From Hyperthermus butylicus DSM 5456 (lineage in GTDB: Archaea; Thermoproteota; Thermoprotei_A; Sulfolobales; Pyrodictiaceae), in the NCBI RefSeq assembly GCF_000015145.1, contig NC_008818.1:1200001-1232000 (forward strand): a stretch of 32,000 bases of DNA. The letters are read 5' to 3'. Position 1 is the first letter of the stretch, and every line of letters starts with the position of its first letter. The notes beneath the pieces were generated by a model that was given only the letters and a program-made list of their open reading frames with translations, ran no database searches and was not told where the DNA came from. Shown here one piece after another: positions 1 through 9,528 of this stretch. The position numbers and the translations under genes were made by a program.

Positions 1-713
1 GCCGAAGAGAGGAGGTCACGGCCATAAACGCAGTCATAAACAAGATTGAGAGCGTAAAGGACCGCTATAGCGACATACTTGACGACGAGGCTGCGGACAT
101 AGTTGCAAGGATTAGACCAGGTTATGCAAACGTTGTTGACCTGAGTAGGCTTGACCGGGACGCCATAGACGTTACCGCGAGCCATTTACTGCGAAAGGTG
201 CTATGGGAGAGAAAGCTACACAAACTCGGCGTGAAGAGTAGATTACCATACCCTATCCTCATAGTAGTTGAGGAGGCGCACATACTAGCGCCAAAGGATG
301 AAGACACCTTGTCGAAGTACTGGCTGGCAAGGATAGCTAGGGAAGGGAGGAAATTCGGAGTAGGCCTCATGCTTGTAAGCCAGCGCCCCAAAACACTTGA
401 CCCGGATATTCTTAGCCAGGCGAATAACCTTATAGTGCTTCGGATTGTCGAACCAAGCGACCAGCGCTACATACAAGCCGCAAGCGAATCCCTTACCGAT
501 GACCTTGTTGAACAGCTTCCAGCGCTAAACACGGGCGAGGCAATAGTAATAGGGCCCCTCATCCGCGTCCCGGCGCTGGTTAAGATAGACAAGTACCCAG
601 GTCCTCTCGGCGGCAGCGATATAGACGTTGTGGCCGAGTGGCAGAACCATATGAGCCAGGAATCCGAGGCCGAAGAGTCCACAATAGAAGATGTACTATC
701 AAACCTCATGTAG
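1..713 (+). CDS. herA: HerA-family DNA translocase/helicase, C-terminal part (truncated by left window edge)
   Basis: Frame is open from base 3 (RREEVTAINAVINKIESVKDRYSDIL...) to the stop at 713. It contains VVEEAHILAPKD (Walker B-like), REGRKFGVGLMLVSQRPKTLDPDILSQANNLIVLRI and TGEAIVIGPLIRVPALVKI, typical of HerA. It lies directly upstream of mre11-rad50. Confidence 0.93.
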   Translation, partial: RREEVTAINAVINKIESVKDRYSDILDDEAADIVARIRPGYANVVDLSRLDRDAIDVTASHLLRKVLWERKLHKLGVKSRLPYPILIVVEEAHILAPKDEDTLSKYWLARIAREGRKFGVGLMLVSQRPKTLDPDILSQANNLIVLRIVEPSDQRYIQAASESLTDDLVEQLPALNTGEAIVIGPLIRVPALVKIDKYPGPLGGSDIDVVAEWQNHMSQESEAEESTIEDVLSNLM

Positions 714-733
714 TAACACCCCTAGGAGGGGAT

Positions 734-1957
734 ATGACGGAGGCTGACTATAGCGTGGAGCATCTACACTTGCTTCACGTGTCTGATACTCATCTTGGCT
801 ACCGACAGTACGGCATTATAGAGCGAGAAATGGACTTCTACCAGGTGTTCGAGGAGGTAATCGATATAGCAATCCGCGAACATGTAGATGCAGTCATACA
901 TACTGGCGACCTATTTGACTCTACAAGGCCACCAGCACAAGCCATAAGGGCTGCAATAAGAGCGCTTAAGAAACTAAGAGGACATGGTATACCCTTCATA
1001 GTTCTCGCGGGTGACCACGACACTCCTAAGCGTGCAAACCTCTCACCCCTCACCGAGCTCGATGAGGTCGGGCTGGCATACACTATAGGAGCCATCGGAG
1101 ATAAGCCGACAACCATACAAATTGATACAAGACATGGTCGCTTACTTGTTAGCGGTATAAGGAGCCAGAAGGGACTCCATGCCAGGAAACATTTGCTTGA
1201 TGCGTTTAAACAGCTTGTCCCCCGCGATAGGAGCACTGTGAACATACTCTTGCTCCACCAGGCTCTCCGCGAGGTCGCCCCCAACTACGAGGTTGAACTG
1301 GGCGAACTTCCCAAGGGATTCTCATACTACGCGCTAGGACACATACATCTCTACCGCGAGTTTAGGCTAGGAGATGCTGCAGTGGTATACCCTGGCTCGC
1401 CCGAAGTCCTAAGGATTGATGAGGCTCGCGAACAGCCTCAGCGCTATGTTGTACTCGTAGAGGTAGACCAACGTTCAACAAAATCACTTGAAAGAATAAG
1501 GCTGGAGATGCCAAGGCCCATAGTTTACAAGGAGATCATCTATCAAGGCCTTGCCGAGTTTAAGAGCTTGCTCGTGGAGCTTCGGGAGAAGCTTGCAAAG
1601 ATGGCAGCTAAGGGAGTGAAGAAGCCTCTACTATACATGTACGTGAAGCGGTTACCAAGGGGCTCGAAGACAGATATCTACACACTCGTCGAGAGGATTC
1701 TGGGAAGCTACATCCTAGACTACAAGCTTAACATTGAGACAGTGATAGAGAATGTGCCGAAGACTGTGCAGAGTGCAGCCGCCACTATAAACATTGAGAA
1801 TATACTCCGGGAGCTTCTCGGAAACGACGAGCTAGCACAGCTAGCAGTAAAACTCATTGAAATCCTTGGAGGCGAGTCCGAGAAGCATGCGCTCAAGGAG
1901 GCCTACAGTATTGTTGCGCAAGAGTTTGGCCTTGATAGGGAGGCTGGTCTACTATGA
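734..1957 (+). CDS. mre11: DNA double-strand break repair nuclease Mre11
   Basis: Phosphoesterase motifs LLHVSDTHLGYRQYG, DAVIHTGDLFD, VLAGDHDTP and ALGHIHLYRE. The ORF track starts at 638, but ATG 734 follows a Shine-Dalgarno-like aggagggg and fits the family N-terminus. Confidence 0.95.
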   Translation: MTEADYSVEHLHLLHVSDTHLGYRQYGIIEREMDFYQVFEEVIDIAIREHVDAVIHTGDLFDSTRPPAQAIRAAIRALKKLRGHGIPFIVLAGDHDTPKRANLSPLTELDEVGLAYTIGAIGDKPTTIQIDTRHGRLLVSGIRSQKGLHARKHLLDAFKQLVPRDRSTVNILLLHQALREVAPNYEVELGELPKGFSYYALGHIHLYREFRLGDAAVVYPGSPEVLRIDEAREQPQRYVVLVEVDQRSTKSLERIRLEMPRPIVYKEIIYQGLAEFKSLLVELREKLAKMAAKGVKKPLLYMYVKRLPRGSKTDIYTLVERILGSYILDYKLNIETVIENVPKTVQSAAATINIENILRELLGNDELAQLAVKLIEILGGESEKHALKEAYSIVAQEFGLDREAGLL

Positions 1958-4617
1958 TCATAGAGGCTGTTGAGCTGGAGAACTTCCTCAGCCATCGCTA
2001 CACCAAAGTCGAGCTTGGCAGAGGCATAGTAGCCGTAGTTGGACCCAATGGTGCAGGCAAGACAAGCATCGTTGACGCCATAACATATGCACTATTCAAC
2101 ATACACTCGCGCGATACTCGCAACAAGAAGGAGCCCCTCATACGCCTCGGTGCTCCTGCTGCAAAAATAATAGTAGAGTTCAGCGTTGGCAAGAAACGTT
2201 ACCGTGTACATAAAACAGTGTATCGTGGCGCAACACCTACTCAGGCAACTCTCTACCTTCTCGAGGATGGTAAGCCCCGGCTTGTTGCGCGCGGAGTTGA
2301 GAGTGTTTCTAGAGAGATAGCCAGAATTGTTGGTTTTGACCCACAGCTAGCAGATGTGATCATGGTTACTAGGCAGGGTGAGATAGAAAAGATACTCGTA
2401 GACAAGAAGGCTCGGATAGAGGCGATTAATACTCTTCTAAAGCTGCGAGCAATGGAGAAAACCTATGATAGAATGCGGGATCTCATAAGCAGGGTTTCTA
2501 GGAGGCTAGAATACTACCGTGGAAGACACATTGAGCTTGAGAGGGAGTTGAAGAGGCTACGAGAGGAGGCTGCAAGGTATGAAGAGGCAAGGAGGGAGCT
2601 GGAGAGGGTTAGTGCTGAGCTGGAGGAGGTACGTAGAAAGCTCGATGAGGCCAAGCACGAGCTTGAAAGAGTTGAAGAGCTTAGGAGAGAGTACGAGGAT
2701 CTCAACTATCGTCTCGGGTTGCTCGAGGCGGCTATTAAGAGGGATAAGGAGCGTCTTGCTGAGCTTGAGAGAGAGTATAGGGAGGCAAGAGCAGCTGAGG
2801 AAGAACTTGAAGCTCTTCGTGGCGCTTTAGAGGTTGCGAGGAAAGTGCGTGAGGTTAGGCAACTGCTAGTGAAGCGGAGACAACTTGAAGCTCACCTTGA
2901 GGCCATCGAGAAAGGACTTGAAAACTTTGAAGCTGATGAGGATATGTTAAGAAATCTCGAAGAGGTTGTTAGGAGGTATGAAGAGCTAGAGGAGAAGCTC
3001 CGGGAGCTAGAAGATGTAAATAGGGAGTACATGATTGTGGAAAAACAACTGGAGAATATTGAGAAAGACATTAGGCGCGTTGAAGAGGAGCGAGATAAGG
3101 CTAGGTCAAAGCTATATGCTCTGCTTCAGTCAAGCCTGCCCGTGGAACCACCCAGCGAAGTCTCCAAGCTACTTGAGTTTATAGACTCTCTTGTACACGA
3201 CATTGATAAGAGAATCGAGCAGCTGCGAGCAAGGAAGGAGGCTGTTGTAGGCCAAGTTAGTGCTAAGCTGAACGAGAAGGAGTACATTGAGGGCATACTG
3301 TTGAAGCTTACGAGTGCTAGTGGAAGGTGCCCTCTCTGCGGCCGCCCCCTAACGGAGGAGCACCGAATGACGCTTATCTCGAAGTTTAGGAGTGAAAAAA
3401 GAGGCGTGGAGACCGAGATTAAGAGACTTGAAGCGCAAAAGCAGACCATAGAGGCAGAGATAACGAGGCTTGAACAACAGAGGGAGCGTATAAGGGAGCT
3501 TGGGAAGAAGATTCGCGAGCTTGTTAGCCAGGTTAGCCAGCTCGAGGCTAGGCTTGAGGAGTTACGTACTGAGCAGGCTAAGCTTAGCGAGAGGCGACTC
3601 GAACTCTTTGAAAAGCATAAAGAGTACGAGGAGGCTAGGAAGGAGCTGGAGAAGCTTGGGCAGGCAGTTGTAGAGTATAGGGTTCTCAAGCGTAGGCTTG
3701 AAGAGCTTGAGAAGCGTAGGGTAGAAGCTGAGCGACTCCGCGAGGAGCTTAGGAGACTTGATGAGAAGATTGGTACTTTACTTGGAGAGCTTGGGGTTGA
3801 TGCTAGTGGCCTGGATGAGCTTGAGGAAAGGGTTTCACACCTTCTCGAGATGGTGGCTGAGCTGAGGAGTAAGGCTTCAAGGAGACCCGAGCTTGAAAGG
3901 AGACTTGACGAGGTTAGGAGGAGGCTTGAGGACTACGAGGAGGAATATAACAGTGTTGCTGGGAGGCTTGAGGAGCTTAAGGGCATCGAAGAGGAGTATG
4001 AGAAGTTGAGAAGCCTCGTCGAGAGCCTTGAGGAGAGGTATCGTGAGAAGGTAGCTGAGTACTCAAAGCTCCGCGGGATAGTGGACGAGCTGGAGAAGAG
4101 TGTAAAAAGGCTTAAGCTCGTTGAGGAAGAGTATAGACGTGTTAGCGAGAAGCTCGAGCGTTATAGCCATGCAAAGAGAGCGCTGGAGCGTATCCGTGCC
4201 GTTATAGGCCCTGAGGGCTTACAGAGGATTGTCCGTCAGGCCATCCGTAATAGTCTTGAGTACCATTTGCGCCAGATACTCTCAGCCTTTAACATAGACT
4301 TTGTCGATGTAAAACTGGACGATGAGTACAGTGTTACGCTGATTACGAGGGCTGGCGAGAAGACCGTCTCGATGCTCAGTGGAGGTGAAAAGATAGCGCT
4401 AGCTATAGCATATAGGCTGGCTCTAGCAAGGCTAGTTGGGAGCCGCATAGAGTCACTCATAATGGATGAGCCCACTGTACACCTTGACGCTGAGAAGCGT
4501 AGAGAGCTAGTGAACATCATTAAGCAGAGTCTGAGTGTTACAGGGCTAGCACAAATGATAGTTGTTACGCATGACCGGGAGGTTGAGGATGTTGCTGATA
4601 GAGTTATAGAGGTTTAA
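1954..4617 (+). CDS. rad50: DNA double-strand break repair ATPase Rad50
   Basis: Walker A GPNGAGKTSIVDAI, zinc hook CPLC inside long coiled coils, C-terminal MLSGGEKIALAIAYRLAL and LIMDEPTVHLD. Overlaps the mre11 stop by 4 nt (ATGA). Confidence 0.97.
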   Translation: MIIEAVELENFLSHRYTKVELGRGIVAVVGPNGAGKTSIVDAITYALFNIHSRDTRNKKEPLIRLGAPAAKIIVEFSVGKKRYRVHKTVYRGATPTQATLYLLEDGKPRLVARGVESVSREIARIVGFDPQLADVIMVTRQGEIEKILVDKKARIEAINTLLKLRAMEKTYDRMRDLISRVSRRLEYYRGRHIELERELKRLREEAARYEEARRELERVSAELEEVRRKLDEAKHELERVEELRREYEDLNYRLGLLEAAIKRDKERLAELEREYREARAAEEELEALRGALEVARKVREVRQLLVKRRQLEAHLEAIEKGLENFEADEDMLRNLEEVVRRYEELEEKLRELEDVNREYMIVEKQLENIEKDIRRVEEERDKARSKLYALLQSSLPVEPPSEVSKLLEFIDSLVHDIDKRIEQLRARKEAVVGQVSAKLNEKEYIEGILLKLTSASGRCPLCGRPLTEEHRMTLISKFRSEKRGVETEIKRLEAQKQTIEAEITRLEQQRERIRELGKKIRELVSQVSQLEARLEELRTEQAKLSERRLELFEKHKEYEEARKELEKLGQAVVEYRVLKRRLEELEKRRVEAERLREELRRLDEKIGTLLGELGVDASGLDELEERVSHLLEMVAELRSKASRRPELERRLDEVRRRLEDYEEEYNSVAGRLEELKGIEEEYEKLRSLVESLEERYREKVAEYSKLRGIVDELEKSVKRLKLVEEEYRRVSEKLERYSHAKRALERIRAVIGPEGLQRIVRQAIRNSLEYHLRQILSAFNIDFVDVKLDDEYSVTLITRAGEKTVSMLSGGEKIALAIAYRLALARLVGSRIESLIMDEPTVHLDAEKRRELVNIIKQSLSVTGLAQMIVVTHDREVEDVADRVIEV

Positions 4618-4654
4618 GGAGCCGTGAGGGGCACAGCGTTGTACAAGTGCTAGG

Positions 4655-5602
4655 CTAGCCGTCGCTTTCCACATTCCCATATTCTATGATAGGCTCCCAG
4701 CATTCCTTACAGAGGACTGCTATCTCATTGTAATTGTCTAGTTTTACGCCATCTCTTCCAACAAATGTTTCAAACACGTAGCTTGAGCTATCCATGCTTC
4801 TACGGAGCCTAACCAAAAGCCCAGGCGGCATGGTATAGAGCGTATACCCTTCTGGTGTCTTACGCGTATAGATTGGGGCCCATGTGCTAGCTGCAGCTAG
4901 GGCTTCTCCAAGGCGTATTGGGTGGATGTTTGACGCAGCTGCCAAGCCGCTGTACAGCCTGGCGAGTCCTGCGACTAAATCGGGGCCATACCCTCTTTTG
5001 CCCGCGATGCTTGTTACGTGGGTGCGATATTCTCGGAGTACGCTGTATAATTGCTCCCCATAACGGTAGATGCAGCTTCCCCATTCTATGAGCACGTCTC
5101 CGCGCGGATATAAACATGGAAGCAGGTGTTGCGCCTTCTCCACCACGGTCTCGGGTATAAGCGGGTAAATAGCTTCAGCTTCAAGCCAGCCCTTAACTAC
5201 TAGCACCTCCTCACCAATAACTAAGCCCTGCTCATTGCTAGCAAGTTGTAGTACCCACCTGCCCTCCAGAACGGTTCTCTTAACAGAGCCTATGACTGTG
5301 GACCTCCTATAGGGTAATCCATAGACGTCAATGCTCGCCGGCTTAGAGTCTACTATGATAGCTATATCAGAGATACTGAAATGTGGTAGTGGCTGCGGTA
5401 TCCAGGGCTGGGTAGGGGTTACTGGTAGGAGCTCGCTGAGGCTCTTGAACCTTGCCTGGAGCCTCGTCGTCGAACCCCTACTACTAACTAGCCTACATTC
5501 ACTACCGCTGCAGACATAGAGGGTTTCACATGTTGACTCATACTCTACCCGTATTGGTTCGCTAGTAGCGTCAATGTATACGTGTATGCTGCAGGAGGTC
5601 AA
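4655..5602 (-). CDS. hypothetical protein, convergent to rad50
   Basis: 315-aa ORF with plausible archaeal composition and no competing ORF of similar length. No family recognised. Confidence 0.7.
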   Translation of the reverse strand: MTSCSIHVYIDATSEPIRVEYESTCETLYVCSGSECRLVSSRGSTTRLQARFKSLSELLPVTPTQPWIPQPLPHFSISDIAIIVDSKPASIDVYGLPYRRSTVIGSVKRTVLEGRWVLQLASNEQGLVIGEEVLVVKGWLEAEAIYPLIPETVVEKAQHLLPCLYPRGDVLIEWGSCIYRYGEQLYSVLREYRTHVTSIAGKRGYGPDLVAGLARLYSGLAAASNIHPIRLGEALAAASTWAPIYTRKTPEGYTLYTMPPGLLVRLRRSMDSSSYVFETFVGRDGVKLDNYNEIAVLCKECWEPIIEYGNVESDG

Positions 5603-5740
5603 CGCTCCAGCCCTCGCCTAGGCCGGGGGTCATAGCTTACATCTAACCCTAGTTTGGTTTACCGGTACAGACCACACAACAACAAAAAACAAAATTTCGA
5701 AGCACACGAGAGGAACACATAATATGTTGTACTGAGGAGC

Positions 5741-7144
5741 TTGATTCCAGGCGAAAGGATGTCTGGAACTCCAGGTTCAGATCTGGACAAATTCAAGTGG
5801 TTAGAGCTGCACTACACAGACCTGGCTGGCTATCTGAGGAGTGTTACTATCGCAGCGGAGGATCTCAGAGACAATGTCGACGTAACAGGCTTTGATGGTA
5901 GTAGTGTTGAAGGCTTCACGGATATAAGTGATAGTGATCTAACACTGCGTCCAGATCTAAGTACATTGGCTGAGATACCATGGCTAGAGGCTACGGGGAG
6001 GGTAATATCAACAATATACAAGAATGGTGCTAGGTATGAGCGTGATCCACGCTACATTGCTGAACGTACTGAAAAGCTTCTTGGCGAACAAGGCCTTGAG
6101 GCTCGTATAGGTCCCGAAATAGAGTTCCACATAGTAGACAAGCTATACCTTAGTGTTGACCAGCCACAGCGCGGACTATGTTACCGCATAGTTTCAAGTG
6201 AACACCCCGGCAGTGGCAGCTATTTCGAGAAGACTAAGAAGGCATACCACACACCGGCACCCTTCGACAAAGTTTACGGGCTGCGGCTCGAGCTAGCCGA
6301 GGTTCTAAGGAAATACTTCAGAGTACATGTAGAGGTTCACCACCACGAGGTTGCTAGTGGCGGACAGATTGAGATAGACTTCCGTTATGGTGGCGTGGTA
6401 TCAGCTTCTGATGGGGTTATCACGGTCAAATACGTTGCAAGGAATATTACTGCAAGGCATGGCTATACTGCAATCTTTATGCCTAAGCCGTTCGCTGGCG
6501 ATAACGGGAATGGGATGCACGTACATATCAGCATTTGGGAGCGTCGCGGGAATGGTTTTAGAAACTTGTTCTATGACCCATCAGACGGTTATGCAGAACT
6601 GAGCCAGTACGCTAGGTACTTTATCGGGGGTCTCTTAGAGCATGGGAGAGCTCTTGCAGCAATCGTGGCACCAACCGTGAATAGTTACCGTAGGCTAATA
6701 CCAGGCTACGAGGCTCCAGTCTACCTCGTCTGGGGAAGGAGTAACCGTAGCGCAGCCATCCGTGTACCATTCTACGGCCGGGGTGCAGAGAAGTCTAAAC
6801 GCATAGAATTTAGGCCCCCCGACCCCTCCGCCAACCCATACCTGGCCTTCACCGCCATAATTGCAGCCGGCCTAGATGGTGTGAGAAAGAAGATCGAGCC
6901 GGGCGACCCCATAGACCGTAACGTCTATACTATGAGCGAGGCTGAGAAGAAGCGGCTCGGGATAAAGGAGCTGCCTAGAAGCCTAGAGGAGGCGCTAGAC
7001 GAGCTAGAGTCAGACAACGAGTTCCTACGACCATACATACCGTCAAGCGTTCTTGAAGCCTACATAGAGCTTAAGCGGCGTGAAGCCAGGGAGCTTAAAG
7101 GATATCCAAGCCCAATGGAGATCTACACATACCTCTCACTCTAA
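5741..7144 (+). CDS. glnA: Glutamine synthetase (GSI family)
   Basis: Motifs DGSSVEGF, GPEIEFHI, FAGDNGNGMHVHIS and RIEFRPPDPSANPYLAF. Start may be 5759 (MSGTPG...). Confidence 0.94.
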   Translation: MIPGERMSGTPGSDLDKFKWLELHYTDLAGYLRSVTIAAEDLRDNVDVTGFDGSSVEGFTDISDSDLTLRPDLSTLAEIPWLEATGRVISTIYKNGARYERDPRYIAERTEKLLGEQGLEARIGPEIEFHIVDKLYLSVDQPQRGLCYRIVSSEHPGSGSYFEKTKKAYHTPAPFDKVYGLRLELAEVLRKYFRVHVEVHHHEVASGGQIEIDFRYGGVVSASDGVITVKYVARNITARHGYTAIFMPKPFAGDNGNGMHVHISIWERRGNGFRNLFYDPSDGYAELSQYARYFIGGLLEHGRALAAIVAPTVNSYRRLIPGYEAPVYLVWGRSNRSAAIRVPFYGRGAEKSKRIEFRPPDPSANPYLAFTAIIAAGLDGVRKKIEPGDPIDRNVYTMSEAEKKRLGIKELPRSLEEALDELESDNEFLRPYIPSSVLEAYIELKRREARELKGYPSPMEIYTYLSL

Positions 7145-7159
7145 CACAACTATCAAATC

Positions 7160-7999
7160 TTGTTTTCGCCTTATAAGCTTCAGACCTTACAGTACGGAAT
7201 TTATGGCCCAGCCGGTGAGGAGGGCTCCGGGCGTAGCCGAGTAATGGCTCGTGCGGAGAAGGGGATGCCGGCCCGAGGCTCCATCCCACAGCAGATGCCC
7301 CGCATTGCTTGTTATGGGATTGCATTCCACATTCTCGCAAACTACAGGGATGAGATAGGTAGTGACGATGCCTTCGTGGCACGCGCTGACTATGTAAACG
7401 GTAAATGCCGTATCGAGATAGGGGGAACATTATGCGATGGCAAGGCTGTAGAAGCGGCCGCAGGAATATTGCCTCGGCTCATTAGAGTACCGCTCATACC
7501 CTTCGAGGCTAAGTGTGTTAGTGGAGAATACAAAGCTCATATGGGGTTTGCTGAACTCTCACGCAAAGCTGTCGAAGAGGCTCTGTCTGCACTGCGTAGT
7601 GTCCTTGTCAGCATTGCGCTTACGGTTAACTACGAGTACTTTATTGTTGTGGGATGGAATGGAGGTGTCGCAACTGGATATGGGAGGCATGACCGCATAC
7701 AGCTGCCACACATTCAAGCCGTACTGTTTGTACACACACACCCTATAAGCATCTGCTACCCATCAAGGAATGATCTTCTCTCAGTGGCCGATTTCCTGGC
7801 CGATGGAGGCCTTGCAGCACTCATAGCATCGCCACACTGTATTAGTGCTCTGAGGCTGATAAGGCCCCTCATAGAGGATGATTACTGGGCCCTTCAGGAG
7901 GCGGCGAGCTGCGTAGCAAAAGCCAAGTCCGCCGAGCACTACATGGACTGCCTAGGCATGCTGCAGAAGCTTGAGAGTATAGTGTTTGAACTCATATAG
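7160..7999 (+). CDS. Protein with JAMM-like (JAB1/MPN) metal-binding motif
   Basis: Contains HTHPISICYPSRND, which matches H-x-H-x(7)-S-x(2)-D exactly. Start is uncertain: the conserved-looking part begins near MPRIACYGIAFHIL and the first ~45 residues may be non-coding. Confidence 0.65.
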   Translation: MFSPYKLQTLQYGIYGPAGEEGSGRSRVMARAEKGMPARGSIPQQMPRIACYGIAFHILANYRDEIGSDDAFVARADYVNGKCRIEIGGTLCDGKAVEAAAGILPRLIRVPLIPFEAKCVSGEYKAHMGFAELSRKAVEEALSALRSVLVSIALTVNYEYFIVVGWNGGVATGYGRHDRIQLPHIQAVLFVHTHPISICYPSRNDLLSVADFLADGGLAALIASPHCISALRLIRPLIEDDYWALQEAASCVAKAKSAEHYMDCLGMLQKLESIVFELI

Positions 8000-8163
8000 G
8001 TCTGGACAAGTATCGGGGGCTCGGCTAGGAAGGCCTCTGGCATCGGCCCCGCTTGGGAGGCCTACCTCTAACTACGGGCTCGCCATAGCCCCGGAGAGTG
8101 TGTATACTCGCATCTGCGTCAAGGTAATCAATATTTACCGGGGTTGGAGTGTAAAACTTCTTG

Positions 8164-8225
8164 GTGCTGACGTGGACCGGATCTGAGGCCTCTACAGCTT
8201 GTGATGATGCATCGGGCGCTACTGA
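8164..8225 (+). ncRNA. candidate C/D box sRNA
   Basis: C-like GTGCTGA (8164-8170), 12 nt, CTGA (8183-8186), 14 nt, perfect C' GTGATGA (8201-8207), 14 nt, CTGA (8222-8225). No clear terminal stem and the D'-C' spacer is long. Confidence 0.25.
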
Positions 8226-9505
8226 GTAACACCTAGTTCCTTCGCTATGCTTCTAAGTAGTTGCCAGCCATACTCAACTGTCCTTCCTGTTGCTAGGCAT
8301 GTTTGTTCATCGAATCTACCCGGGCTTGTACTTAGGCCCTTCCAGCTAGCCATCCATGGTACTGGGTCGTCTGCATGTGCTCTTACCCTCCACGGCGTCG
8401 CATGATCTGAAGTTACTATCACGGCTGTCTCGTTAAGGTCTATCAGCTCTATCAGTGGTTGTATGAATAGTTTGTCTATTAGCTCTATCGCTCTCTTCTT
8501 GCCTTCAAAGTCGCCGTCATGGCCGGGTTCATCTGGACCCTTTAGGTGCACATATATGAAGCGGTGGCCATCACGATATGCTTTTATCGTCGCCTCAAGC
8601 CTTACAGGGAGATCTCTTTCGTGGTTACCAGTTGGTGGCGGTACACTATAGTACTTCATACCGGCAGCAACGGCTATACCTATCTCCACAGGCATTTCAG
8701 CTATGGCTGCTGCAGGCGATAGGCCAAGTACACTTGCTATCGGTGGTAGTCTTGGTGGCTTTTCGCCCGCATCTCTTAACAGTATAGCGTTTGCCTTGAG
8801 CAGGCCACGCTTTGCCCTCTCCAAGTTTACTGGATGATTATCAAGTATTTCTATAGCCTTCTCAACAAACTCATCTACTAGCTTGCACGTGTACTCTGCC
8901 TCCTTGCTTGACAATAGTGGCTTGCAGCGTGGAAGTACCATCTCTGGATTCCTTACCGCTACTGAGATCAAACCACGTCTCTCATATGCTGGGTCAATGT
9001 TTGAAACCATTGCGGAAAGCTTGTGCTCCCTATCACCTATAATGACTACTGCGCGGTGACCAATTGTAGCCTTAACCCTGGCATAACCAGTTGAGCCTAA
9101 CCTCATGCCGTCAAGAGCCTTGGCTAATTCCTTCGCCTCTGGCGAGGTTAGGCTACGGGCAACCCTCCTATCTATTATCCTGCGTGTTGAAGGATCAACT
9201 GTTGCAAAGTTTGCCCTGAAGGCAACCTCATAGCCTTCACGTATTTCCAAACCCACGCCAAGGGCTTCAAGAGGACCACGACCGGTGTAGTATTCCTCGG
9301 GGTTGTAGCCGAGTATGGAGAGGGTTGCGAGGTCGCTCTCCGGAGCTACACCCTTGCCGACCGGGTAGTGTACACCACAAATAGCGTGTCTAGCTAACGT
9401 GTCAAGTCCTGGCGTAGAGGCGCTGCTTAATGGTGTTTCACCGTTGTCGGGGCGGTCTGCAGCACCGTCAAGGATTAGGAGTACTATCCGTTTAGGCCCT
9501 GGCAA
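8219..9505 (-). CDS. apgM: 2,3-bisphosphoglycerate-independent phosphoglycerate mutase, archaeal type
   Basis: ILDGAADRP, PESDLATLSILGYNPEEYYTGRGPLEALGVG, HLKGPDEPGHDGDFEGK and VIVTSDHATP. Confidence 0.95.
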   Translation of the reverse strand: MPGPKRIVLLILDGAADRPDNGETPLSSASTPGLDTLARHAICGVHYPVGKGVAPESDLATLSILGYNPEEYYTGRGPLEALGVGLEIREGYEVAFRANFATVDPSTRRIIDRRVARSLTSPEAKELAKALDGMRLGSTGYARVKATIGHRAVVIIGDREHKLSAMVSNIDPAYERRGLISVAVRNPEMVLPRCKPLLSSKEAEYTCKLVDEFVEKAIEILDNHPVNLERAKRGLLKANAILLRDAGEKPPRLPPIASVLGLSPAAAIAEMPVEIGIAVAAGMKYYSVPPPTGNHERDLPVRLEATIKAYRDGHRFIYVHLKGPDEPGHDGDFEGKKRAIELIDKLFIQPLIELIDLNETAVIVTSDHATPWRVRAHADDPVPWMASWKGLSTSPGRFDEQTCLATGRTVEYGWQLLRSIAKELGVTQ

Positions 9506-9528
9506 GGAGCTGGTCCACCTCCAGCGTA

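Noticed and set aside
3126-3689. 187-aa minus-strand ORF inside rad50
   Set aside because: Serine-rich shadow of the Glu/Lys/Arg-rich coiled coil on the opposite strand. Antisense low-complexity artefact. Same reasoning for 2514-2705 and 2579-2830.
2500-4200. Repeated gaggctt/gagaagct-like words in rad50
   Set aside because: Explained by the heptad-rich coiled coil encoded in this region, not a DNA repeat element.
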